Source: Myxococcota bacterium
Lineage (GTDB): Bacteria; Myxococcota_A; Bradymonadia; UBA7976; UBA1532
Direction of reading: 5' to 3'
Assembly (NCBI GenBank): GCA_036337435.1
Contig: JAYZEG010000011.1
Location: 32,001-96,000 of the forward strand
DNA length: 64,000 nucleotides
Shown here: one piece after another, positions 31,430 to 40,895 of the stretch
Numbering within the stretch: position 1 is the first letter of the stretch
Layout of the letters: each line of letters begins with the position of its first letter
Notes under the pieces: generated by a model
What the model saw: the letters and a program-made list of their open reading frames with translations, nothing else
What the model was told of the DNA's origin: nothing
Database searches by the model: none
Made by a program: the position numbers and the translations under genes

Positions 31430-31999
31430 ATGAAAAGGCTTTTCAATCCAGACCGCAGCATGATGACCCTCGTCAGGTATGGCTGCATTCTCGTCATCAG
31501 TATCATGGTCGTCTCGGCTTGTCAGACGGCAACGATTAAGGCGTACCATATCCTGCCTCGCTATCAAGGTGAGGAGTTGGGTCCTCGAGCGACGATCCGT
31601 TATATTACCGACGAAAATGAACGTGCTGCAATGAAGCTGTACGTACACAATGGCTTACTGACAGACCAGCAGGGACGTTTGCTTGACCCGGCTACGGATC
31701 AATTTCCGAGGCGTGATGGTCTTGCCATCTATGTGATGGATTTACAAAAGCAGATTTTCATCTCATTTGACCACGAGCAGAATCGATTTCACCATTCGTC
31801 AATCCTTGCGGGTCAACCGGTACTCGCCGCAGGCGATATGACCATTGTCCAGGGCAGATTACTGGAACTGAGCAATTCCAGCGGTCATTATCGGCCAGCA
31901 CCGCAAAGCCTTGATTTGGTCATCCATCAGTTGCGATCGCTGGGGGTCGCCATGGAAAGCGTTAAGATCGTTGCCATTGACGGCAGCGACAAACATTAG
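31430..31999 (+). CDS. Lipoprotein with HHSS...AAG...SGHYxP domain (IQM-like)
   Basis: Lipobox VSAC; IYVMD...FHHSSILAGQPVLAAGDMTIVQG..L.SNSSGHYRP. Confidence 0.75.
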   Translation: MKRLFNPDRSMMTLVRYGCILVISIMVVSACQTATIKAYHILPRYQGEELGPRATIRYITDENERAAMKLYVHNGLLTDQQGRLLDPATDQFPRRDGLAIYVMDLQKQIFISFDHEQNRFHHSSILAGQPVLAAGDMTIVQGRLLELSNSSGHYRPAPQSLDLVIHQLRSLGVAMESVKIVAIDGSDKH

Positions 32000-32234
32000 A
32001 AAAAATGAAATGAAGTCAAGAACTACTTGAATTTCTAGGGTCCGCATTTTTGTAAACACCTGAAGGCAATCAGTAAAAAAGTTCGAAAAAAGTTGTAACC
32101 AATCTTCAATCCCTGTTCTCCTCCATCGTACAACTTTACCGCGGGCGTCAAATCTCGAGGAGGCGCGCCCTTTCAAAAAACAGTACTGGCAACGAACTAC
32201 GGGTCTGATGAGCCAGTCCAACCGGGAGTATTTC

Positions 32235-33341
32235 ATGAAGCTTCTTAAGAATTTGAGTGTTTGCATGCTCGCCCTTGCCGTCGCGCTGACGCTGGGATGT
32301 GGTGATGACGACGACAGCGGTGCTGGTGGCACAGGCGGCGTAGGTGCCGCTGGTGGTGCTGGTGGTGCTGGTGGTGCTGGTGGTGCTGGTGCCGAGGGCG
32401 GTGCTGGTGGCGCGGGCGCCGAAGGTGGTGCTGGTGGTGCTGGTGCCGAGGGCGGCGCTGGTGGCGCGGGTGCCGAAGGTGGTGCTGGTGGTGCTGGTGC
32501 CGAAGGGGGTGCTGGCGGTGCGGGTGGTACTGAGCCATTGCCGACCATCGCTGAGATCGCATCCGGTGACGAACGCTTTTCGACATTGGTGAGCTTGGTC
32601 GAAAGTGCTGACCTGCTCGGTCTTTTCACTGGCACGGATGAGTACACTGTCTTTGCACCAACAAACGCAGCTTTTGAAGCACTACCACAGGCCACGTTGG
32701 ATGCTGTGCAGGCTGATCCAGCGTTGCTTCAACGCGTCTTGTCGCTCCATGCGGTAGCGGGACGGGTCAATGCTGAAAGCGTCGTTGCTGGCACGCTGGT
32801 CCAAACACTCGGCGGATATGTGTCCGTCGCCGTGGACGGTGACAATGTGTCCGTCGGAGGCGCACCTGTATCCGCGACCGATATTCAGGCGTCAAATGGT
32901 GTAGTGCACGTCATCGACAGTGTCATCACAGACAACGCAAGCATTGTTGAAATCGCCTCCGGCATCTCTGACTTCGAGACACTCGTCAGCTTGGTTGTGC
33001 AAGCCAATCTCGTCGACGCACTGTCCGCCGAGGGGCCGTTGACTGTCTTCGCGCCGACCAACGACGCATTCGCAGCCCTCCCTCAAGAGACGCTGGACGC
33101 TGTCATGGCAGACGCTGACTTATTGACGAGCGTTCTCACGCATCATGTCATCGACGGCGCAGTATTGGCTGCGGATGTCGCCGCGGGTGAGGTTGCTACT
33201 CTTGGTGGTAACGTCACAATCGCCGGAGATGCGGAGTCCGGATGGACCATCAATGGCGCACCGATTGTCACGACTGACATTCGCGCATCCAATGGGTGGA
33301 TCCACATCATGGGTGGTGTCATCGTACCAGCCGCCGAATAA
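32235..33341 (+). CDS. Lipoprotein with Gly-rich linker and two fasciclin (FAS1) domains
   Basis: TVFAPTNAAF and TVFAPTNDAF; DIQASNGVVHVID; lipobox LGC. Confidence 0.93.
   Translation: MKLLKNLSVCMLALAVALTLGCGDDDDSGAGGTGGVGAAGGAGGAGGAGGAGAEGGAGGAGAEGGAGGAGAEGGAGGAGAEGGAGGAGAEGGAGGAGGTEPLPTIAEIASGDERFSTLVSLVESADLLGLFTGTDEYTVFAPTNAAFEALPQATLDAVQADPALLQRVLSLHAVAGRVNAESVVAGTLVQTLGGYVSVAVDGDNVSVGGAPVSATDIQASNGVVHVIDSVITDNASIVEIASGISDFETLVSLVVQANLVDALSAEGPLTVFAPTNDAFAALPQETLDAVMADADLLTSVLTHHVIDGAVLAADVAAGEVATLGGNVTIAGDAESGWTINGAPIVTTDIRASNGWIHIMGGVIVPAAE
32318..32530 (+). repeat. Coding Gly/Ala-rich repeat (GAGGAGAEG units, 27-bp period)
   Basis: ggtgctggt-rich tandem array. Confidence 0.9.
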
Positions 33342-33363
33342 TCCCCCAGACGATTATTGCATC

Positions 33364-33395
33364 AAACCCCGCGCTGATTCAGCGCGGGGTTTTTT
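33364..33395 (+). terminator. Intrinsic terminator (possibly bidirectional) after the fasciclin gene
   Basis: Perfect inverted repeat AAACCCCGCGCTG / CAGCGCGGGGTTT followed by a T-run; lies between convergent genes. Confidence 0.88.
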
Positions 33396-33525
33396 GTTTG
33401 GTAGACCGTACAACGTCATTTCACCCATTGACCTGCTTCGACGGCTCTCATATTCGCTGTGCGCGCAGCATCCTTGGCCAAGACCTCTGTCTCGGGCATG
33501 GTTTCATGTACGCTAAAAAGCGACG

Positions 33526-34239
33526 TTAGCCGAACTGCATCGATTTCAACCATGCCTTTGCCTCTGCCGTACACACGCCAACCATTTCGAGTCCAGGCGA
33601 GATCACATCTCCAAAGGTGTCACAGAAGAGTCGACGGCGTGTCTCGCCACTGACTTCACCGTAGGCTTCAAGTTCATCGCTTGTCTCATCTGCAAGGATT
33701 TGTATGGCACCACTCGTCTTCAACATTGGCACAATGTCGCGTGACAACCAGCTCAGTGAGCTGGCTGCCGAGATGGTATTGAGATAGGCCCAGCCAAGCC
33801 GGCTGTGCCAGATTTCGTCTCCTAAAAGCCGCCGCGCTGCCGCTTTGATGGATGGCCACTCCGACCGCTGGTAAATATAACCAAGTAAGGTCGAATTCCA
33901 TGTTTCGTTAAGGCAGCATGTTTGTGTCATTTCACCGATGAGCTGCTCTTGAGAGTACTCGGGCAGCATCGCTGGATCTGCCTCGACCATACGCATGGAA
34001 TCCATCGGTCGACCTAGGAATTCTTGCGCTAACTCCAGACATAACCTGGCATGCCTGGCCTCATCTTGTGCCGAGCGCAGACAGAGTTCGATTAGGTCAT
34101 TGGGCGCCTGGTGGGCGGCTAATGAGCGTGCCAGCGTCGCGTAGCGTGAGGATGCTTTTTCTTCCTCTTCCGCCCGATGTAGCCAAGTTGAGCCAATACG
34201 GGCTCTCTGTCGGTCAGTCAGTTGAGTTGGTCGCAGCAT
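33526..34239 (-). CDS. Ferritin-like (diiron) domain protein
   Basis: E...DEARH and NE...DEIWH ExxH pairs typical of myxobacterial ferritin-like proteins. Confidence 0.82.
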   Translation of the reverse strand: MLRPTQLTDRQRARIGSTWLHRAEEEEKASSRYATLARSLAAHQAPNDLIELCLRSAQDEARHARLCLELAQEFLGRPMDSMRMVEADPAMLPEYSQEQLIGEMTQTCCLNETWNSTLLGYIYQRSEWPSIKAAARRLLGDEIWHSRLGWAYLNTISAASSLSWLSRDIVPMLKTSGAIQILADETSDELEAYGEVSGETRRRLFCDTFGDVISPGLEMVGVCTAEAKAWLKSMQFG

Positions 34240-34532
34240 GGATGTCTTGGTTCTGGCATGAGCCAGCAACAGTTCGTTTGTTTCGACTCGAGAGATTCCG
34301 GACAGAATTTCTCAGTCGCACTTCCACGCGTACATATTTCCGAGCAGTTCAGTGTTTTGCCCTCAGCTGCCACATCATTAGCTGCTTTTTCTGTTGGCCG
34401 GTCCGCCTCTTTTGGTTGGCTCGTCGGTGTTGGTTTTGCTGCTGACGTTGTGTCCGCTGGCGTAGCACCGCATCCATTGCTGAATACAAATCCGCCCATC
34501 ACGAGGATTTGGTAATACCGTTCCAACTTCAT
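34218..34532 (-). CDS. Small Cys-rich secreted protein or lipoprotein
   Basis: GAGGGGG RBS, MKLERYYQILVMGGFVFSNGC signal, low-complexity linker, C-terminal C-C-C-CCW-CC core. Confidence 0.7.
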   Translation of the reverse strand: MKLERYYQILVMGGFVFSNGCGATPADTTSAAKPTPTSQPKEADRPTEKAANDVAAEGKTLNCSEICTRGSATEKFCPESLESKQTNCCWLMPEPRHPCCDQLN

Positions 34533-34762
34533 CAAGTCGCCCCCTCGAATCGCACGTCTGACGGCAGAACATATCAATAGTCGTTACGACTATTTGGCTG
34601 ACCTCCAACGCGCACGTGTAGATCTTGTAGCACGCTGCCATCTTGAAGCCAATTAACAGCCTATGTATCCGGGGGCTAATCGGTAAAAACTACCAAATGG
34701 TAGATTTTGCCGATTAGACTTGTTAGAGTGCCCCGAATCGAATTGGGGGATTAGATTTAAGT

Positions 34763-35548
34763 ATGACACCTAAAATGACATTGATTTTTTGTGCAGGTTT
34801 GTCCCTTCTGTCCATTGGTTGCGCGCGCTTATCAGAGATTGAAGCTCGGCCCTGTGCGACTCTTGCTCAGCACCTGACGACCTGCGGGGCGAGTGACACA
34901 ACCGAATTTTTTCAGATATGCGATGACAGGGCGGCTGAGGCCTTAGTCGGGAGCGACTGCACGCGACTGTTGTCGGCTGTTGAAAACCAGGAGCTAAACC
35001 TCATTCGGCCAAAAAATAGAGGCGGATCCATGCCATTCCTGTGCAGGCTTGGCTTCCTCGCCCATTGCCCATCCGCTGAATGTACCGTTGATGAATTGAT
35101 TGATACGCCGTCCGATGATGCCGATTGTATTGAATGGACTCGATTTTCCGGCTGCCAGGCGTGTGAGTACTATCGTTGCCGCGAGAGAGAATCCAACTGC
35201 GGATCCGATGGCTATCTGGTTGGCTACGTCGGAAAGTATTGCGAACGATTTTCAACAATTACCGAGAAAAGACTTAGCCCTGCCGGTGCGCGGTGGATGT
35301 CCGACGTACGCGCTTGTTTAATCGAGACGCTCGATCAGTGGACAGATTCGACGGACAGTTGTGAAACCATCGAGCGGGTCGGCGTTGATTCTCATTCAGG
35401 CTGTTATCTACAAGCCGGTTTTTGTTCACTGCCATTGACCGATTGGTTCGCGATCGTCCATACCATCGACGCCTTCGACATTCCTTTGCGTCAAATTTTC
35501 GCGACAGGACATGGCTGCATAAGACAATGGTTCCGCTTTGGTTATTGA
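34763..35548 (+). CDS. Cys-rich lipoprotein with stanniocalcin-like domain
   Basis: CEYYRC...CGSDGY..GY..KYC..F...W...V..CL...C......SH..CY...GFC pattern; lipobox SIGC. Confidence 0.65.
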   Translation: MTPKMTLIFCAGLSLLSIGCARLSEIEARPCATLAQHLTTCGASDTTEFFQICDDRAAEALVGSDCTRLLSAVENQELNLIRPKNRGGSMPFLCRLGFLAHCPSAECTVDELIDTPSDDADCIEWTRFSGCQACEYYRCRERESNCGSDGYLVGYVGKYCERFSTITEKRLSPAGARWMSDVRACLIETLDQWTDSTDSCETIERVGVDSHSGCYLQAGFCSLPLTDWFAIVHTIDAFDIPLRQIFATGHGCIRQWFRFGY

Positions 35549-35709
35549 ATATTGGAACCGGCGCATGTCCTCAGTTGGCCACATGAGAGTGGACCCCGAG
35601 TCCCCATATTTGTGACAAAATCGCTTCAAATCATGGCCGATATAAACCTTCTGTCCGGTAGGTTTTTGGCACGTGCCTTGCAAAGATGTTGGCACAGAGG
35701 AGATCGTCC

Positions 35710-38100
35710 ATGACGCGAGCTGGATTTAACATTACGCTTATTTTGTCGGCGGTGCTGGGCTGTGCCGAGCTCCCTGAGCTTGCAGGATCCTCGCCGCAGT
35801 TAATCAAATCCATAGAACAGCTGCCTATTGGGGACGGTGTGGAGCTTGCTTTGGCTGACCTCAGCCGGGACATGCCTCACTATAGCTACGAGAACTTGCT
35901 CAGCAGTGGGGCTGTCATCGAGAATGGACGTCATTTTGGCACTCGGCAACTAGACACCCGGATCCGCTCTTTGCTTCTGGCCAGCTCCGAATATTCGACA
36001 GACCGTCTGGACCATATCGAAATTCATGTTCACCGAATTAAGCTCAACCACGCATTTAAACCGATGCGTTTGATTGGACGCTGGTCAGAACGAGTCTTAC
36101 CCTTCACAATAAGAACGGGTGGTGAAATTGAGTTTGCATATGCACATGACCCAGCAGCTCATCACGAGGTGCCTCGATTTTCCCTTATGGACGTACCGGC
36201 TGATGCAGAATCCGCTCTTGCGCTCCCGGTGGGAACTGTCGTGACGATCCCCATTGAGGGGCGGGTTTTGTTTGATGTGTCCGGACAATTTCTGACCAAG
36301 AGTCTCAGCCATGCCCTCGATTTCAGATCCTTGGTCTCTGCGTCTGCCTTTGGACATACATCCAGTGTGCGTACGGGCACTCTGATTGGGGATGGTCAGT
36401 TTGTGTTGCAGCTCGCTCGTTTGTCTGGCGACAGGGTTCGCTTGAGATTGGTGTCCTCGTCTCGGCAACAGGCGGCCGCTCGCTTGGGTTCTTACGCACA
36501 CGGTGTGGCCAATTATACCTTTCTACCCAGTGCGCCCCTAGACAAACTACGCAGCTTTCGCAGACGAATTGAACAGACACGACGACAGATGAGGCGATTG
36601 GGCCAAGTCGATGAACAGATTTCGAGCTTGAGAGATGCCGCACCCTTAATGATTAGAGGTGTTTTCGATGCGGTCCCATTCGTCGAAGAATCCGCTCAAC
36701 GCGCAATCGAAGATACGGTCTCCCGAAGAGCAGACCAAATTTTACAGCAAGCTGAACGAATGCTTGCGCCGCTCGAAGCCATTGAAAGTCATATTCGTAC
36801 GCGCGTTGGTGAAATCACATCGACTGTGACCTCGGGTTGGGCCGACCAGCTGGTTCCTGTTATCGAATCTATCCGTCGCTGGTCCAGTCGTGGCTACAGT
36901 CTCGCCAAAAGCATCACGTTGTCCGATGAATTATCGAGAACGCTCACATTGCTGGCCGATTATGAGTTTGATCTCAGATCCGACGAAGCGACCATCGCGT
37001 TTGATCGTGCTGTGAGTGGGCAGACGATATGGACGGGTCTGACTCAAGCTCTCTCTGTCCGCCAACTGGATGTTATTCCGTTCACCGACTTCACCTTGGC
37101 TGACACAATCGCAAATGTTGATTTAGGTCAGGACTCACCGCGTGTTCGTCGACTGGCCAGCGCGGGTCGGGATATGCGTGCTCGCAGATATCGAGTTGAT
37201 ATCGATGGTTTTGGACTCAGGGCCGGAGTGAACGGAGACTTCGACCGTCAGAGAATTCTGATGACCGACGAATCCGGTCGAACGCAAGAATGGAACAACA
37301 TAGCCTGGGAGCGAGGTCAACATTCTGATGCTTTCGGTCAAATTCGATCGGAATCTTTTGCGTCTGGCGCATTCACTCAAACCGATGGTGGCGACCTGGC
37401 GATGGGTGGTTATTGGTTTCGGTGGAAAAAGCAATTTGCCCCCAGTGTGCTTAAACCAGCAGCCCACTCATTTCTCCAAGCTCTAAATGACCTGGGCCCA
37501 TTTGGCGTGAGAATTGGTCTTGCAGATGCCTATGCTGGTGAGACGGCTGGGCTTGTCGATGCAAATCTTTCTGTCGTTATCAACGGAGCGTCCATAGACG
37601 CCCTTTTTGATGCAGACAGAACACCTGATGAGCTGTTGTGGCGCGTCTTGGGTAACATGATGTCCCGGTATCAACGCCCGAGGTTCTTACCGTATGCCCA
37701 TGCGCCAATCAGACCCGGCGAAGTTGATTCCAGTGACGTGATTCGAGAGGCCTGCGAGGCTGTTGCGCGCCGGTTAGGCGGACGGTATTGCTACAGCTTC
37801 ACGGACAGGATTTTTCCCGCGCTGAGGTCGGCTCAAGCCTCGGCTGACCCCGATGCAAGATTGGCTTTTTTCGAATCATTCTACCGAGTCCCCCTCGGGG
37901 GAGCGGTCTTATCCACCCGGTTCCTGGTTCGATATCTGGTCGAAGTACTTGACGAAATTGGCCAGACAGATGGCATTCATATCAATTTTCGAGTCAATAA
38001 CCGGTCCGATGATTCTGCAGCCGCGTCGCCAAGTTTTAGTCGCGGTGAGGATGCGGCCCACACACTGATGGATACAACGGACTTATCGGGCATCTTCTAG
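35710..38100 (+). CDS. Large hypothetical lipoprotein with central coiled coil
   Basis: AGAGGAG RBS, lipobox VLGC, long ORF, helical Arg/Gln/Glu-rich segment. Confidence 0.75.
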   Translation: MTRAGFNITLILSAVLGCAELPELAGSSPQLIKSIEQLPIGDGVELALADLSRDMPHYSYENLLSSGAVIENGRHFGTRQLDTRIRSLLLASSEYSTDRLDHIEIHVHRIKLNHAFKPMRLIGRWSERVLPFTIRTGGEIEFAYAHDPAAHHEVPRFSLMDVPADAESALALPVGTVVTIPIEGRVLFDVSGQFLTKSLSHALDFRSLVSASAFGHTSSVRTGTLIGDGQFVLQLARLSGDRVRLRLVSSSRQQAAARLGSYAHGVANYTFLPSAPLDKLRSFRRRIEQTRRQMRRLGQVDEQISSLRDAAPLMIRGVFDAVPFVEESAQRAIEDTVSRRADQILQQAERMLAPLEAIESHIRTRVGEITSTVTSGWADQLVPVIESIRRWSSRGYSLAKSITLSDELSRTLTLLADYEFDLRSDEATIAFDRAVSGQTIWTGLTQALSVRQLDVIPFTDFTLADTIANVDLGQDSPRVRRLASAGRDMRARRYRVDIDGFGLRAGVNGDFDRQRILMTDESGRTQEWNNIAWERGQHSDAFGQIRSESFASGAFTQTDGGDLAMGGYWFRWKKQFAPSVLKPAAHSFLQALNDLGPFGVRIGLADAYAGETAGLVDANLSVVINGASIDALFDADRTPDELLWRVLGNMMSRYQRPRFLPYAHAPIRPGEVDSSDVIREACEAVARRLGGRYCYSFTDRIFPALRSAQASADPDARLAFFESFYRVPLGGAVLSTRFLVRYLVEVLDEIGQTDGIHINFRVNNRSDDSAAASPSFSRGEDAAHTLMDTTDLSGIF

Positions 38101-38459
38101 ACCTACGTTCGTTCATCTGGACTTGTGGCTCACCGATCGGTGTGTCTCACGGTCATCTTGACCCCCCGCCATCCGACCGGCGATCGAAGGTCTTACCAAG
38201 ACCGACGGCTAACTGACCCCCGACCCACCTTTTGGAGACTATCGTAGACCGGCGGCTCACCGACCGGCCAGTTCTTACAGTCGCCCGGCCCAAGAGTATT
38301 GATGTTTGACCCATTGGCGGTCGTGTCGGGCCCGGGCATTGGATGGTTGCTTGGAATAATCCTAACCGGCTTTTTAGCCGATGGTGGTCTTGCAATGACT
38401 GATTTTGAAACGCTCCATCGTGATGGAGTTAGATTCCGTCTTTGGCACTCACCATTGGT

Positions 38460-39689
38460 CTAGCGGCCGACCACGTCGACAGCGTGGTAGATGATTTGCT
38501 CTCCAGGACGTACGCAGACTGAATCATCTCGCCAAACGCGGCCATTGTTTGACTCAAAAAGTTTGAGGTTCAGGGCTTCAAAGCTTGGTGTCGGCACACT
38601 AAAGCGTCTAGAATCCATGGTGTAATGACAGCCCATGCAGGAGTTTGGTGCCACTCGAATGGCATCTTCATTGGGTCGACGAGTTGGAAAATACGCATAG
38701 CTGACTCGATGTCCGATTCGGTCAAAAACCCAGAAAATATTTTGCTGTCCTGGACGCGCTACGATCACCTCAGTCTCGCGGGTTTCGCAATTTTCATCGG
38801 TCGACTCCGCGATGCTAATCAACGTGCCATCATCCAAGTGTCGCCTGCTGATGCGGCGGCCTGCCTGCTTGGCTGGACTGATGGGGTGAAACTCCTTGGT
38901 CCATTCACCAGCGACCGAAAAGTCCCCATACTCAGACTTAAATTCAGCCAAATCTCGGGGTGCATGGGTCACAGCAGCACCACAGTACGCAAGCCAGCCC
39001 TTGATGCCAGATTGATTGAACGGCTGCACCTGATTACGGTCACCATCGGCGACCGCCTGAATTTGTTCATCGAGGAGTCGACGCGTCGCCGCTCTAAAGC
39101 TGTCGGCAGGTCTGTCAATTTGTTTACCCAGGGCTTCAAGCCAGCTGAGAGCTTGGCAGCAGCCACCAATATCGTTGTTCTCCGCAACACATAGCTCCAA
39201 CCTGATGGTGCCATCGACCACCGACTTTAGCTCTCTCGACAGAACACCGGGCTGCTGGACAGAGCGGGCGTCTCTCTCAACCTCTTCGGCAAAGGCTTGG
39301 TAGTCGGTCTCCGAGGCACCAACATTCTTGTATCGCAACAAAGCGCTGAACGAGAGTCCGGATGCATCTGCTTGCTCAGCCATTGCCATTGCAATCGGGA
39401 CAACCTCAGTTTCGAATCCAATTCGCGTGTCACCAGTTAATTCAACCGCGTATCGTGCATAGGCGACAGCGTTGAGAACCAGCGGCGTCTCAGATCTAGT
39501 TTGCGTCGATGTGGTATAATGGACGTCTGGAGATTGTGGATAAATCTCAGTGATGTGATTTCCATGTCCCTGTTGTTTGATTTGGGGGTCATCGTTTTGA
39601 ATCGGATCGAGCTGCCCGGCGCATGCCGAGACGTTGAGAGCAGTCGCGATCATGACGCGGTGTGAGATAGTTGAGCTGAAAAATCGCAT
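38460..39689 (-). CDS. Hypothetical lipoprotein with a single CxxCH heme motif
   Basis: SCMGCH near the C-terminus; lipobox-like SAC. Confidence 0.65.
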   Translation of the reverse strand: MRFFSSTISHRVMIATALNVSACAGQLDPIQNDDPQIKQQGHGNHITEIYPQSPDVHYTTSTQTRSETPLVLNAVAYARYAVELTGDTRIGFETEVVPIAMAMAEQADASGLSFSALLRYKNVGASETDYQAFAEEVERDARSVQQPGVLSRELKSVVDGTIRLELCVAENNDIGGCCQALSWLEALGKQIDRPADSFRAATRRLLDEQIQAVADGDRNQVQPFNQSGIKGWLAYCGAAVTHAPRDLAEFKSEYGDFSVAGEWTKEFHPISPAKQAGRRISRRHLDDGTLISIAESTDENCETRETEVIVARPGQQNIFWVFDRIGHRVSYAYFPTRRPNEDAIRVAPNSCMGCHYTMDSRRFSVPTPSFEALNLKLFESNNGRVWRDDSVCVRPGEQIIYHAVDVVGR

Positions 39690-39926
39690 CTTGGCTCCAG
39701 AGTCCGCTGGGTCGACCTAAGTGCCATGCAATCAATATACCAAATCTACCGAAGGGTTGGAATTGGCGTTGTAGCCCGAGAAAGCCATTGTGACGGACGG
39801 TGTGTTGCAACTCACTGGGGTGTTCCAACCCAACTTCGGTGCCGAGTTGGCCTGTGAGTGGTGTCTTTAGACCGCGGTCCGCCTATCAGTGATATTGGAC
39901 GAAGCGAAATTTCGGCAGGGTATCAT

Positions 39927-40895
39927 TTAGAGCGTGTCCAGGATCAGTTCGGCCATGTGTTGGCCACTGAGCCAAGCCCCTTCAACTTTTGGTGTCGAAA
40001 GCGCATCGCCACAGAGACCAAGGCCTGTCTTTTGGTCGAATAAGGCAGATTGTCCATCGATCTCCACGCTTAATGCGTATCGCCAGCGATGCAAGTAAAC
40101 ATGGCTCGGGTCGGTGTTGCAGAGTTCTCTAAAAAAACCAGTCAGCACTCTTTCGGCGTCAGTCGCATCGAGTTCCAAGTTGTTTTTACTCCAGTTCGGG
40201 TCAGCATGAAGAACCCAACGTTCACCCGGTGCTCGACCGGGTTTGCTGCTGTCGCGACAAGCCCACGAGAGAATACTGTCCTTTAAATGGAAGCCGTCAT
40301 AGTCGAGCGCCACCGGGTCTGTATAGCTGCACATAGCTGCCCAGCAGGGAAAGTATTGGAGCTGATTTGCGACGCTATGCAAGGCGGAATGCGCCGGAAG
40401 AAGTGCTGCAGCCTGTGGTCCAGGACATGTGACAATCACCATGTCATAAGGGCCGATGTTGTGCCGGCCGTCCGCGTCTAAGTACCAGCCATCTCGAGTT
40501 TGCCTCATGGCCACAATCCGATGGCTTAAATGGCAGGTTAATCCACCAGACAGAGTCCGTCCAATCGCACTCATGCGCGGCGTACCAACCCAACGAGTTG
40601 TCGTCAATTCTGTATCCTGAAATTGACCGCCATCGTAAATTCCGAATCGGCCATCCCATGCTGTGACGGCTTTAGCAGCCCGAAGGGTGTCGATAACTGA
40701 CTCAAATTTGGGGTCACGTGCGGTGATATATTGCGCACCGTGGTCAAACCGACCCGAATCAGTCCGTTTTGTACAAATACGCCCACCAAAACCTCTCGAC
40801 TTGTCGAATAGGGTGGGTGAGAGGCCACGGTCCAAGAGGGTTCTCGCACACGCCAGACCCGCGATGCCAGAACCAACAATCGCAATCTCTGCCAT
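39927..40895 (-). CDS. Renalase-like FAD/NAD(P)-dependent oxidoreductase
   Basis: IVGSGIAG, FDKSRGFGGR, FDHGAQY, HRWRYA, CGD...VEGAWLSG. Confidence 0.92.
   Translation of the reverse strand: MAEIAIVGSGIAGLACARTLLDRGLSPTLFDKSRGFGGRICTKRTDSGRFDHGAQYITARDPKFESVIDTLRAAKAVTAWDGRFGIYDGGQFQDTELTTTRWVGTPRMSAIGRTLSGGLTCHLSHRIVAMRQTRDGWYLDADGRHNIGPYDMVIVTCPGPQAAALLPAHSALHSVANQLQYFPCWAAMCSYTDPVALDYDGFHLKDSILSWACRDSSKPGRAPGERWVLHADPNWSKNNLELDATDAERVLTGFFRELCNTDPSHVYLHRWRYALSVEIDGQSALFDQKTGLGLCGDALSTPKVEGAWLSGQHMAELILDTL

Noticed and set aside
31859..32695. Pro/Ala- and His/Gln-rich ORFs (also 32245..32586, 53571..54017, 53609..54022)
   Set aside because: Antisense or alternate-frame shadows of the Gly-rich linkers in real lipoprotein genes
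38625..39194. 189-aa plus-strand ORF (and similar 24619..25188, 25701..26261, 26164..26742)
   Set aside because: Fully antisense to longer genes with recognisable motifs
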